Origin: Haliotis rufescens
Lineage: Eukaryota
Assembly (NCBI RefSeq): GCF_023055435.1
Contig: NW_025964361.1
Location: forward strand, 23,064,001 to 23,128,000
Direction: 5' to 3'
Length of the DNA: 64,000 nt
Shown here: positions 1 through 11,621 of the stretch, one piece after another
How positions within the stretch are numbered: position 1 is the first letter of the stretch
Layout of the letters: each line of letters starts with the position of its first letter
Notes under the pieces: model-generated
What the model saw: the letters and a program-made list of their open reading frames with translations, nothing else
What the model was told of the DNA's origin: nothing
Database searches by the model: none
Made by a program: the position numbers and the translations under genes

Positions 1-2390
1 TATCTCTCACAACCACTGACAACAACTCTGTTTACAACTGTTATCATTTCTCTCTCTCACAACCACTGTCAACAACACGGTTAACAACTGTTATCATTTC
101 TATCTCTCACAACCACTGTCAACAACAATGTTAACAACTGTCATTACTATATGTAATAATTTCTATCGCTCACAACCACTGTCAACAACTCTGTTTACAA
201 CTATTATCATTTCTCTCTCGCACAACCACTGACAACAACACCGTTGACAGCTGTCATCCTTTCTATCGCTCACCGCCATTGTCAAAAGCAATGTTAACAA
301 CTGTCCTCCTTTCTATCACACTCACCACCACTGTCAACAACACTGTTAACAACTGCCATCATGTCTATCACACTCACCACCACTGTCAACAACAATGTTA
401 ACAACTGCCATCATGTCTAACACACTCACCACCACTGTCAACAACACTGTTAACAACTGCCATCATGTCTATCACACTCACCACCACTGTCAACAACAAT
501 GTTAACAACTGCCATCATGTCTATCACACTCACCACCACTGTCAACAACACTGTTAACAACTGCCATCATGTCTATCACACTCACCACCACTGTCAACAT
601 CAATGTTAACAATTTCAATAATTTCTATCACACTCACCACCACTGTCAACAACTGCCATCATGTCTAACACACTCACCACCACTGTCAACAACAATGTTA
701 ACAACTGCCATCATGTCTATCACACTCACCACCACTGTCAACAACAATGTTAACAACTGCCATCATGTCTAACACACTCACCACCACTGTCAACAACAAT
801 GTTAACAATTGTCCTCCTTTCTATAACACTCACCACCACTGTCAACAACAATGTTAACAACTGCCATCATGTCTATCACACTCACCACCACTGTCAACAA
901 CAATGTTAACAACTGCCATCATGTCTAACACACTCACCATTACTGTCAACAACAATGTTAACAACTGCCATCCTTTCTATCACACTCACCACCACTGTCA
1001 ACAACAATGTTAACAACTGCCATCATGTCTAACACACTCACCACCACTGTCAACAGCACTGTTAACAACTGTCCTCCTTTCTATAACACCCCCCCCCCCC
1101 CCCCCCCCCCCCACTGTCAACAACAATGTTAACAACTGTCATCCTTTCTATCACACTCACCACTACTGTCAACAACACTGTTAACAACTGTCCTCCTTTC
1201 TATCACACTCACCACCACTGTCAACAACACTGTTAACAACTGTCCTCCTTTCTATCACACTCACCACTACTGTCAACAACACTGTTAACAACTGCCATCA
1301 TGTCTATCACACTCCCCACCACTGTCAACAACAATGTTAACAACTGCCATCATGTCTAACACACTCACCATTACTGTTAACAACAATGTTAACAACTGTC
1401 CTCCTTTCTATAACACCCCCCCCCCCCCCCCCACTGTCAACAACAATGTAAACAACTGTCCTCCTTTCTATCACACTCACCACTACTGTCAACAACACTG
1501 TTAACAACTGCCATCATGTCTATCACACTCACCGCCACTGTCAACAACAATGTTAACAACTGCCATCATGTCTATCACACTCCCCACCACTGTCAACAAC
1601 AATGTTAACAACTGCCATCATGTCTAACACACTCACCATTACTGTCAACAACACCGTTAACAACTGTCCTCCTTTCTATCACACTCACCACTACTGTCAA
1701 CAACAATATTAACAACTGTCCTCCTTTCTATCACACTCACCACCACTGTCAACAACACTGTTAACAACTGCCATCATGTCTATCACACTCACCACCACTG
1801 TCAACAACACTGTTAACAATAATTGTCCTCCTTTCTATCACACTCACCACCACTGTCAACAACACTGTTAACAACTGCCATCATGTCTAACACACTCACC
1901 ACCACTGTCAACAACACTGTTAACAACTGCCATCATGTCTATCACACTCACCACCACTGTCAACAACACTGTTAACAACTGCCATCATGTCTATCACACT
2001 CACCACCACTGTCAACAACAATGTTAACAATTATCATCCTTTCTATCACACTCACCACCACTGTCAACAACACTGTTAACAACTGCCATCATGTCTATCA
2101 CACTCACCACCACTGTCAACAACAATGTTAACAACTGTCCTCCTTTCTATCACACTCCCCACCACTGTCAACATTATTGTTAACAATTGTCATCCTTTCT
2201 ATCACACTCACCACCACTGTCAACAACACTGTTCACAACTGCCATCATGTCTATCACACTCACCACCACTGTCAACAACAATGTTAACAACTGTCCTCCT
2301 TTCTATCACACTCCCCACCACTGTCAACATCATTGTTAACAATTTCAATCATTTTATCACACTCGCCACCACTGTCAACAACAATGTCAA
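1..2390. repeat. 52-bp minisatellite (CTATCACACTCACCACCACTGTCAACAACAATGTTAACAACTGCCATCATGT), about 45 copies, inside an intron of the minus-strand gene
   Basis: Tandem units are directly visible; two units carry poly-C runs (~1089-1112, ~1416-1432). ORFs 569..772 and 2125..2448 are translations of the repeat. Confidence 0.97.
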
Positions 2391-2504
2391 CAAAAAATGT
2401 CAAGTCATATCACATGGCAGAGATTTCTTTTTTACCAACCAAGCTTAATAAACTGATGATGACATGAACACAAATAAGAAATTGCCCTTGAAGAAAACAC
2501 CTAC

Positions 2505-3270
2505 CTGATACAAAGGCAGGGGGGTTAAGGAAAACCATACTCGTCTGAACTTGATAGCACTGATTTGTGAAGAGCAATACTGATGAATCTGGTTCTCCAA
2601 GCCAGTCATAGGATGATATAAGTTCGGAATCAAAACCTCTGCTGTTCCAGATGTTCCTGCACGCCATGTTCCTCCCAATATCAGATATTTCCAACTCCTC
2701 ATCAGTATGTTCAAAGTAATACAACAGTTGAAGCAGCCATGATTGTTGGATATTCATAAGCGCCAGATCTGCCTGTTTATAACATAACACATCCTTCATC
2801 GCAGGGGAGACATAGCACATTTTAGATAATTTTGAAAATGATTGCTTGATTGTCAAAGCATCTAGACAAAGATTAAACAAGGTTGGGATATTTCGAACAT
2901 GTGACCTTGAAATTTTATTTGAAATACCCAGAAATTCAAAAAAGTCATTGTCAATGATATCAATATTTTGGAATGGAAAATCAAATGTCGGCTGTAAGCT
3001 CTTCAGTTTATTTCTCCATCGTCTTTTTTGTTTCTTGCTACGGCCTTGTTTCCGTTCATTGTAATGACGCTCTGACTGTGAGTCAGTTGAGGGTGTGATG
3101 TGGATGGTGGGGGAGTTCTCCTCCATCGTGGTCCCTGGCTGCCGGGCATCTGTGGTGCCCACACTGAGATCCTGGAATTCAACATACTCACTGGAGTCTG
3201 TCAGGCTCACTGACTCCTCTGCTGAAAAATATTCCAGTTCATCTTGAGAGTTATCTCCCCTTTGAGCCAT
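2505..3270 (-). CDS. First coding exon of an uncharacterised protein (acidic N-terminus, basic NLS-like patch, BC-box-like motif); the gene continues beyond the left edge
   Basis: 286-aa non-repetitive ORF. ATG at 3270 has an in-frame TAA immediately upstream. Acceptor TATTTCAG| at 3349/3348; donor TATCAG|GTAGGT at 2505/2504, after which the ORF is intron read-through. Motifs RKQGRSKKQKRRWRNK and IPTLFNLCLDAL. Confidence 0.75.
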
Positions 3271-3370
3271 TTATCCTGGACTGGCGCTTGAATAAGCAGC
3301 CCCAGTTTTGTCTTGTACTGCACAGATGCTCACCCAAGACACAGGACACTGAAATAGATTTCATGTGAAG

Positions 3371-6250
3371 TAGGGCTGGGCTGGGATGGGTAACTCGGGT
3401 ACCCGGGTCCGGTGGGTACTGAGTAGGACCCAGGTACCCACAGGACTACCTGGACCCGTGGTTAGTCACGTTATTTAAGAATATTGACTTTCACTTTGTG
3501 TGAGTTCATTGGAGTATGAACTTTCATAGAGTGGGGGCCAAACTGTATGAACGTCGGAGCTCACTCTATGAAGGTTCATACTCCAATGAACTCACACAAA
3601 GTGAAAGTCAATTCTTATAATTTTTGTATCACAATTTCTTACCTCAAAGTATGTAGGCCAAGGTCTAAACACAATTTTATTTAGTAGGCATGACTTCACG
3701 TTTACACTGACAGCCATACAACAACCAGCTATATCGCGGAGTAAAAATAGTTCCTCAAAAAGAGAGGTGACATAAGCGTATGGATGCACAATTTGCTCTT
3801 CAGAAACATCTTACGCAGCACATGTGCTCAAATCATATCCTCATTAGATGAGAAAGTTCTGTAAAGCACTCCCTCAGTTAGTCAGTCACAATGACAGCGC
3901 GTCGTAATACATTTACATCAAGTAGGCCTACAAGACGTCAAAATGGCCGACACAATAAACGTGACGGGAGAGATTTCCGAAGTTTTAATGAACCTGTGGC
4001 GGTTACATGTGTTAGTCATCATTGCTCAACTGGCCGATCATTGAAAGGTGAATAAAGATGCGTCAAACAGACACTAAGGTAAATTCATAGATTGCTGGAG
4101 ACGGTCAGTGTCAGCCGAAGACACGGATCGAGTCGATACTACGATAGGTGTGCATTTCTTCGTTTGTACATTAGGATAGGCCGTAGCGAGGATATTCGTA
4201 AACAATCATGCAGTCACGCTCTCTGACATTTCTCAATGTATACTGAAACGCGGAGACCAAGAATAAAGGTTCTAAATGATCAGAAAGAACACTTATGTAT
4301 GTTTTCGTGCTTGGGAATTCCCAGGGGTTTCCCCAGGAATGTGGAAGTAGTCCGTCAGTGTTTACGTCATTTCAAGGACACGGTCTCGTGAAAAACGTAT
4401 GAACGTCAAATTGAGTCGTTCATACACTTAGGAACGCCGATTTCGCTGTCATGTGACCGACCTCTCGTCCAATGGAAAAGCCGTATATCGTGTAAACTTC
4501 AAATTAAAATATCATTTAAGGATTGACTGTGTAGCGGATTCTTACAAAAGTTTGCACATCTGTTTTTCGATTCATACCTCAATGAACCGAAAAAAATATA
4601 CAGTCAATGCTTATAATTTAATTCGACAATGTAAAACATGTTTTATCTACAATAGTTTAACCAAAAACAGTTGCATATATCAAAACGGACAAAAATGACC
4701 ACATTGATAAACATTCCAGGTGTAGGAATACATACAGTGGCTTGACATGAATCAGGTGATCGTTTAATTTATGCACATAACTTGACACGCCTACACAGTC
4801 AGTAGCCAATCAACGGGGGGTGGGATTAAAACAATGTTCATTGGACCTGTCAATTAAGGCAAGAGGCGAAAAGAACTGCAACAGTCAGACTGTAACGAAC
4901 CGGAAGAAATATGTCCGAGAGAAGGCGGCTGTTTCAAATAACATGGTCATTTACTGCGTGATTGAAACATTACTTCCCTGATTACGGTAAAACACAGTTG
5001 GAGAAATGCTAGTTATAAATGAAACCTGAAGACATTAAAGTTGAACCAGGGCGAGCGGGAAAAAACAGGCGAGCGAGCCTGCATGTTTGCTGTTTCATTC
5101 ATTCTCGGCCTTCGGTTTCAAAGGGTAGTTTGAACAATGAATATGCATGAAAGTCGCTAAATGTCCTTTGCATGACGATACACGTGAGCAGAAAGGGAAT
5201 TCCTTCGACTGTAATATTGGGATTCCCCGACATTCCGCAGTAATAAAAGTAGTGCGCCGCGGTGGGCGTGGCTTAATTTTTTACATTCATTGGGAAATGA
5301 ACACACTCCGTCGCAGTGGTGACTCAGCATAACACCACTGCCACAGGCTAATTTGCATATCACGTGACCGGACTTTTCTCTTGTTTGTAAACAAACGCGC
5401 TTTTTCAGAAATCAGTATAGAACAGACTAATGCAAGTATTTGGGGGCGCTTTACATATTGTTTTGCATAACTATATAGATATGCTACTACAACTGCGACA
5501 GTGAGTTGCATGACAATATATATTTATGCATCAAAGTGACCGTGTCGCTAGCTCTCCGTTGGGCTTCGATGACAGCACGTGGAGCCGTACAACCAATGTA
5601 AACATAGGATAACTACGCAAAATCAAGTAGATTTTTACGTATTTGCATACTTTCTCAATGAAAGTTAACCATTCTTTGACATTTGTTTATGAAAATGTGT
5701 AGACTTGTCAAACATGAAACGGATGAAAAGCATATGCAATATCTTGAATGGACTGTGAAAGATGTGACGAATCGTCACATGGCGCTGGCCTGTGGCAGAG
5801 GTACTATGCTAGCTGGCTGCCGGCCGCATGGAACTCTGGGTAGGAGAGTGGGAAATGAATTCAATAACACGTGACCAATTCAGCTAATCAGAATGCAGGA
5901 ATTTCCATGAACACAACAAAAATTTAATAATATATTGTTGAATGACAAAAATTAACCCTATGGTTACACTACAAGTCACTAATGTTCGCATTTCTTTCTG
6001 ACTATGCACTCATTCCTTCTGATTTTTCATATGGTTGACTAAACATATAACTTTAATTCAACTTCAGTGTATGAATGACCCTTATTTTTTAATACATGTA
6101 TCTAAATACGTTTTGCCAGGGCTATGCTAAAAATATGTTACCAATCGGACATTTTAAGACATCTCCTGAGACCTACAATGGGTACCCGGGTAGGGTCGGG
6201 TTATAGGGGGATGTGTACCCGGGTAGTAATTGTGACTCGTCCCAGCCCTA
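3371..6250 (+). mobile_element. hAT-type MITE copy 1 (TIR TAGGGCTGGG), split by a ~2.45-kb nested insertion
   Basis: Ends TAGGGCTGGG...CCCAGCCCTA with 8-bp TSD ATGTGAAG (3363-3370, 6251-6258). Segments 3371-3474 and 5931-6250 join to match the intact copy at 6574-6962. Confidence 0.92.
3475..5930. mobile_element. Non-coding nested insertion with a subterminal long hairpin and no evident TSD (Crypton-like non-autonomous element, tentative)
   Basis: Interrupts hAT MITE copy 1; ~55-bp-arm inverted repeat at 3477-3616; right end ...AATCAGAATGCAGGAA...TTAATAA; no long ORF. The family assignment is inference. Confidence 0.6.
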
Positions 6251-6417
6251 ATGTGAAGGAATGACACCAGTACTTTGATAGCTTGATAGAAATTCACAGA
6301 TATCTTGCAAATTACACACTCAAGTAAACTTTTAAGTTCTCTTGTTACACAAAGCATGTACACCAAAGCAGTTTATGAAGTACATATGATATGAGGGCTT
6401 ACTCAGGGAAGTCAAAC

Positions 6418-6449
6418 CAGAGACCATATAATCTATTATATGGTCTCCG
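6418..6449. mobile_element. 32-bp palindromic mini-MITE, TIR CAGAGACC, 7-bp TSD (P-element-like)
   Basis: GTCAAAC|CAGAGACCATATAATCTATTATATGGTCTCCG|GTCAAAC; sister copy at 15714-15759. Confidence 0.75.
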
Positions 6450-6573
6450 GTCAAACTAAAGGATTGAGCAGTAATGCATACATAAATAACTTTTGGAGGG
6501 GGGATAAGTCTTTCTCATTACCGTAGTACCTGCATGTGCACACAGCGACACCAGTGGGCCCACCACTGGTCAT

Positions 6574-6962
6574 TAGGGCTGGGACGAGTCCAAATTTACT
6601 ACACGGGTACCCAACCCCCTATTATCCGACCCTACCCGTGTACCCGCTGTAGGTCTCAAGAGATAAGTACAAAATGTCCGATTGGGAAACGTTTGACCGT
6701 ACTCCTGTCAAAATGTATTTAGATACAGGTATAAAATGACCTGGTCATGCATACACTGAAGTTGACTGAAGTTTCATCTTTATGCAAACATATAAAGTCG
6801 GAATGAATGTGAACATTTGTCACTTATATTGTAACCATAGAGTTCTAGATAATTTTTGTCATGAAACAATATAATCACGTGATTAACCACGGGTCCGGGT
6901 AGTCCTGTGGGTACCCGGGTCCTTCTCAGACCCGAGTACCCGAGTTACCCGTCCCAGTCCTG
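6574..6962 (-). mobile_element. hAT-type MITE copy 2 (389 bp, intact, inverted relative to copy 1)
   Basis: TAGGGCTGGGACG...CGTCCCAGTCCTG with 8-bp TSD CTGGTCAT (6566-6573, 6963-6970). Confidence 0.92.
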
Positions 6963-8989
6963 CTGGTCATGCACACTGACATTGAATTGAAAGTAAACAG
7001 CTTCAGGAACAGTTTGCTGTTTAAATGAAACTGTACTCACGAAAAGTTGATATGGACTTTCAGACATGCGATTGAGCAATAACGACGTGTATGCTAATCC
7101 ATACAAGGGGCGTTTAATCTGATGATACGGCATTGTTTACAAAGGGAGGGCATGCTCAGGTAACAACGTGATTGCTTGCCACTAAAACTTTTCTTTAACG
7201 TTTTCTCTCTTATCTGTTGTGACGTGTTGATACTGTTGTCGATTTTATCTTTAGACTTCACTGACCATCGTTGTTGTTTTTCATTACATACGTTCTTGCT
7301 AGCGGAAACGGTATTTCACTCCTGAGACAAATCTAAGAAATTGCGCAGTACATTATTCTGAAGTGAAAATGTTCAGAAGATGCACAAATTGGCTAAAACG
7401 GAACTTAGACCTAAGTGTGTTTAATAAATTGTTTATGTGATTTCGTAACATGTAATTAAGATAATTATTACATGTTTAGGCGAGCTACGAGAGGAAACTG
7501 ACAAACTGCCACGGGTGAATTAATAGTCGTCCTCTATTATGCATCATTATTATATCTCTAATATGGTATTTACGCTAGGTATAGATGGTCAATGGTATGA
7601 GTCTGAGAGTCTGTTCGTGTCATAGTATTCAAAACTAACAAGATTGTATTTAATGTCAGTTATTACAGGTAAGAACGTAATATTCGCTGTTTGGGGTTAT
7701 TATTCCGACAAAACAGGTTAAAAGAAAATATAGGTATACGTAACAACTGAGATTATAAATGTGAAGCTAAAACATATTTATAGAAAAATAGTGACTGACG
7801 GGAGAATCATTCGTCATATTTACATACGAAGCATTTGCAAGTGGGGCGTGACCAGTTGAAAGAGGATAAAGGCGACAGATAACTATCCTATAGCTACCTA
7901 TTCAGCTGTAACGGACACGCGTACCATTATGTATTGCCAACTATTCCACTTATCATCACACTTCTCGCAAAGACAGGTAAATCGGTTTGTTTTTTTGTTT
8001 TTTCCCCGTGTGTTCAATTCCAAGACAAGCATATTATTTAAAGATATAATGAATGTAAAATTGAAAAATGTTGGCTGAGAATGTTGTGTGGTAACATTTG
8101 CAAACATTATGTTAAAATCGGTGTATGTTGTCTGTGTTGAATAGTATGATATGGATGAAGTTTGTTAGATGGCAAGTATTGTCTATATGCTGGGTGGTAA
8201 ACAACCTGCTATAACCACTTGGTCAGATTGAGTTCCCTATTACAGAGATGGGTCTTCGGGTATGAATATATAAATATTTCGAGCCATTATTTCTTGGACT
8301 TATGTGAAGCTATTGGTTTCTGTGTCAAATAGTACAATCATATAATGGTGCCGTTCCCGCAAACGAAATCTTTCCGTTTCCATCGCGAAAATATGACCTT
8401 TTAGTTAGATCTGATGCCATACATTTCTGTGTGGAGAGTTGTGTCCAGTAAAATATCTGAGTTCCGCTTCCATGGGATAATTTGCAACTGAGGGTAGGGA
8501 TTGTGTACAATGCCACACTCATAAACCTTTCAGCATTTCTCTCAGGAAAGTAAGAACGTGTATCTTAACATTTTGAAAACAGATCTGAAGTTTAACTTTC
8601 TGTATTTCGTTTAAAATATTTGTACGAATATTGGGCTTTTGTGTAAACATCAAACAAGTAAGTAAATGAAGGTGCCTATTATTGTTTGGGGAACTTTATC
8701 CAACTCACTTCACATTCATTGTCCACCTATATATTCGGCATCTTATGTGAAGGTCGAGTGTTAATAATCAACTCAAGAGTACATTGTATTGGAAATTCTA
8801 CCATGACATTGATGAATGCTTGATTCTGATTGGTTAAAAACAGGTTTCCTTTTTGCTACGGAAACCCCTTTCAAATATATTAAGCCTTTTCACAAAAAAA
8901 CGTGCGTATGAATACATAGATAGCCTACATATCGATTCATAAAAAAATGGCTGCCGATCGATCACCGCCATATGAACTGTAAAACATAT

Positions 8990-9106
8990 CTGTATTTCCT
9001 CTAATACACGCTGGGTCTCTAATACCAGTCAGGTCTCTAATACACGCCGAGTCAAGGGCTCTCGCGAAATTAATAGACGGCGTAGTGTCAAATAGAGGAA
9101 ATACGG
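8990..9106. mobile_element. pogo/Tc2-type MITE (TIR CCGTATTTCCTCTA)
   Basis: CTGTATTTCCTCTA...TAGAGGAAATACGG followed by TA; internal CTCTAATAC repeats. Confidence 0.75.
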
Positions 9107-9904
9107 TAGTTTGTATCGGATGTTTGGGGCGTTCTAGGCCGCAACCCTGACTGCTTCGGTGATGACATTAAAAGATTTAACGAAGGCATATCTTTTGCAT
9201 ACAAATGAAATGTTTATGAAACTGTTAGAGAAATGTTCTATGGTGACCAGAATCGGAACAATTTAAGCTATTTCCTCATTGAAACAACCGACAATGAAAG
9301 TAAAATATAACATTATAAAAATTGTTTGAAAAAACTTCATTCATGACAACCACCACCGTTAGAATTTGTCAGGAGGGGATTTGAAAGTCCATCAGAAAGC
9401 ACTCCCCTTCGAAAACAATGTCCAAACTGAAGTGACAGCTTATCAAACTTGATGAAATTCATTTCAGAACACGCACAATTAAGAACATCATACACGATCC
9501 ACTATTTCTGGGACACAAATGTCTATGTTCTGTCACTATTTGGCCGACAAAGCGCTCGGTTCAAAATTATATTAAAGAGGTATCTATTCTACAGTGGGAC
9601 TGCATCAAATTTTAAAACACACTAGGTTTATCTCCTAAATGAAGGGATTGTTTCGGTATTTTTTCCAAACATAATTGTACTGATGACTTTTGATTTTGAT
9701 ACTCTGTACCACAAAGGCAGAGTGAGCGTTAAACACACAAACATAGAAATTGTTTGAATGCTCCATTAAAAAAGTATTGTAATGACTGAAAAACATTTCG
9801 TTTCAAACAAATTATTCCATACCATCTCCACACACTCGTGTAGCTCGGGGTGACGGAATGAACCGAGTGCTGACGAATGGAGAGTTCGCTGATGGCAGAT
9901 AGTT

Positions 9905-9975
9905 TTACGTCACAATCGCCTGACGTCATAGAAAGAAGACGTCACAGCAAAAGCCATCGCGCTTCTATACAAGAC
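9905..9975 (+). promoter_or_regulatory. Kinase proximal promoter: three CRE-like octamers and a TATA-like element
   Basis: TTACGTCA 9905-9912, TGACGTCA 9921-9928, AGACGTCA 9937-9944; CTATACAAG ~9965; kinase ATG at 10010. Confidence 0.6.
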
Positions 9976-10009
9976 GTGTTTTCGAGTCCGATGTATTTTC
10001 CAAACAGAA

Positions 10010-11621
10010 ATGGCAAACTGGTGGTTTCTCGGTGATGTTATAAGCACAACAATAGAAGAAGACTTTGGTGAGTTATTTAAAAAACGTATCCTTGACAAAC
10101 ATATGATAAATTAGTCTTATTGAAGATGAACTAGGTATTGTTTGGAAGCAAATATGTTCAAATGTCTTAGTGTGTCAGAATGGAAGTATTGTGTGTTGCG
10201 ATCTGTGATGGATAAAACTGTTTCAACAGGTGAACGCATTAAGAATATGTATAATTCTTTTAAAAAAACGTTGTTTGAAATGCATTAACAATTCCTAATA
10301 ATGGACAGTTTCTCTCATCCCAAAGAATCACGAGACACGTAATTAGTCAATTTTTGGTCTCTCTCTACGTTAAATAGTACAAGGATATAAAATGCCGTTT
10401 CCTGTTTATGTTCCAAAGATTTAAACTTCCATACGGATACATAATATCTGTAAAAGTAAATACATCAAGTCTATGTTATCGCTTTTCGAACAGCTATTTG
10501 GAAACGATATGAGTTTTTTTTATATACATGTCCAAATATACATTTACCCATGCAACAGGTAGCAGAAATTTAAAATGGGTTGGTAGAATGTTGTTTGTTT
10601 CTATCCAGGTTCCCAGTTAAGGTTAACTCTTTGCATTGAAGACCAGCATAACGCTGCTGCGGAGTTATGGGGAAGACATCTTTGTTGCGACAACAGGACT
10701 CTCGAAAGCATCGAGCGATTAATATCTCCATCATCTATCACCCGCGTGGATGTCTCGACTCCATCATCGTGGGCATGTTGGAAGCCACCACAATACGAGG
10801 ATATATTCCTTGGCCGTACCATCCGTGGGTACACGTTCCAGAGTGTAATAAAGTCAGGAGGAACCGCCACCGTATATAAGGTGGAGAAAAATGGGCGGAC
10901 ATACGCAGCGAAAGTCTCGCTCCCAAATCAACTCCACCCGGATACAATATCCAAGGCATGGGCTACAGAATTAAGCATTATGAGTCAGTTGAAGCACAAA
11001 AATATAATTGGAGTTTATGACCTGTTTCCCCATCATGGACTCCATGTGATCATAATGGAGTATTTCGATGGCTGCGATCTGGCCGACTTCATTGCCTGTA
11101 ACAACAAATCCCAGAGACAAAGAGCTTTGAAAAAGATCGCGAGGCAACTCGTTAAAGCCATCAAATACTTCCATAAGCACAACATTGCTCATCGGGATAT
11201 CAAGCCGGCCAATGTACTGATCGGAAAAGATTTGAAAGTCAAAATAATCGACTTTGGGGGCGCCATGAAGCTGAGACCGGAAGATACATTGCTGGACCGG
11301 AAGCCGACTATAAGCACTCCGCAGTACACCCCACCAGAGGTACACGCAAGGGAACGGCGTTCATCAGGCGACATCTGCATGAAAGCATTTGATATGTGGA
11401 GCCTTGGAGTGTCCTTATATGAAAGTTTGACAGGAAAGCGGCCCAACTTCTACAACTCCACAATGGGAACAGACACTGTCATTACTCAGCCCGATTTCAG
11501 TGTTTTTGAAAGTCGAGACAGAAGGTTACTTTGTTTGGTTAAGAAATGTCTGGATATGAATCCAGAATCGAGAATCACGGCTAAAACGGCACTAAAAGAA
11601 AAATATTTCAGGCGTTTCTAG
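10010..11621 (+). CDS. Serine/threonine protein kinase (CAMK-like, divergent), join(10010..10067,10609..11621), 356 aa
   Basis: Catalytic motifs AAK, alphaC Glu (ATELSIM), HRDIKPAN, DFG, TPQYTPPE, DMWSLG, RITA. Exon 1 MANWWFLGDVISTTIEEDF ends at G|GTGAGT (phase 1) and joins in frame to acceptor TTTCTATCCAG| at 10609. AATAAA at 12163-12168. Exon 1 is less certain than the kinase domain. Confidence 0.93.

Noticed and set aside
1-2390. Common origin with the other 52-bp satellite at 57543-57870
   Set aside because: Same unit length and a few shared words, but the units are not collinear.
2410-2504. Hydrophobic C-terminus of the 286-aa ORF as a TM helix
   Set aside because: Lies beyond a strong donor (CAG|GTAGGT), so it is most likely intron read-through.
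7031-7170. Opposed splice donors (minus-strand GTGAGT at 7040, plus-strand CAG|GTAACA at 7160) suggesting 5' UTR exons and a bidirectional promoter
   Set aside because: Plausible first exon for the minus-strand gene, but short motifs alone cannot support it without transcript data.
8200-8540. Minus-strand fragment KVYECGIVHNPYP, faintly like a YqaJ-type nuclease
   Set aside because: The following catalytic motif is absent and the frame has stops; the similarity is too weak.
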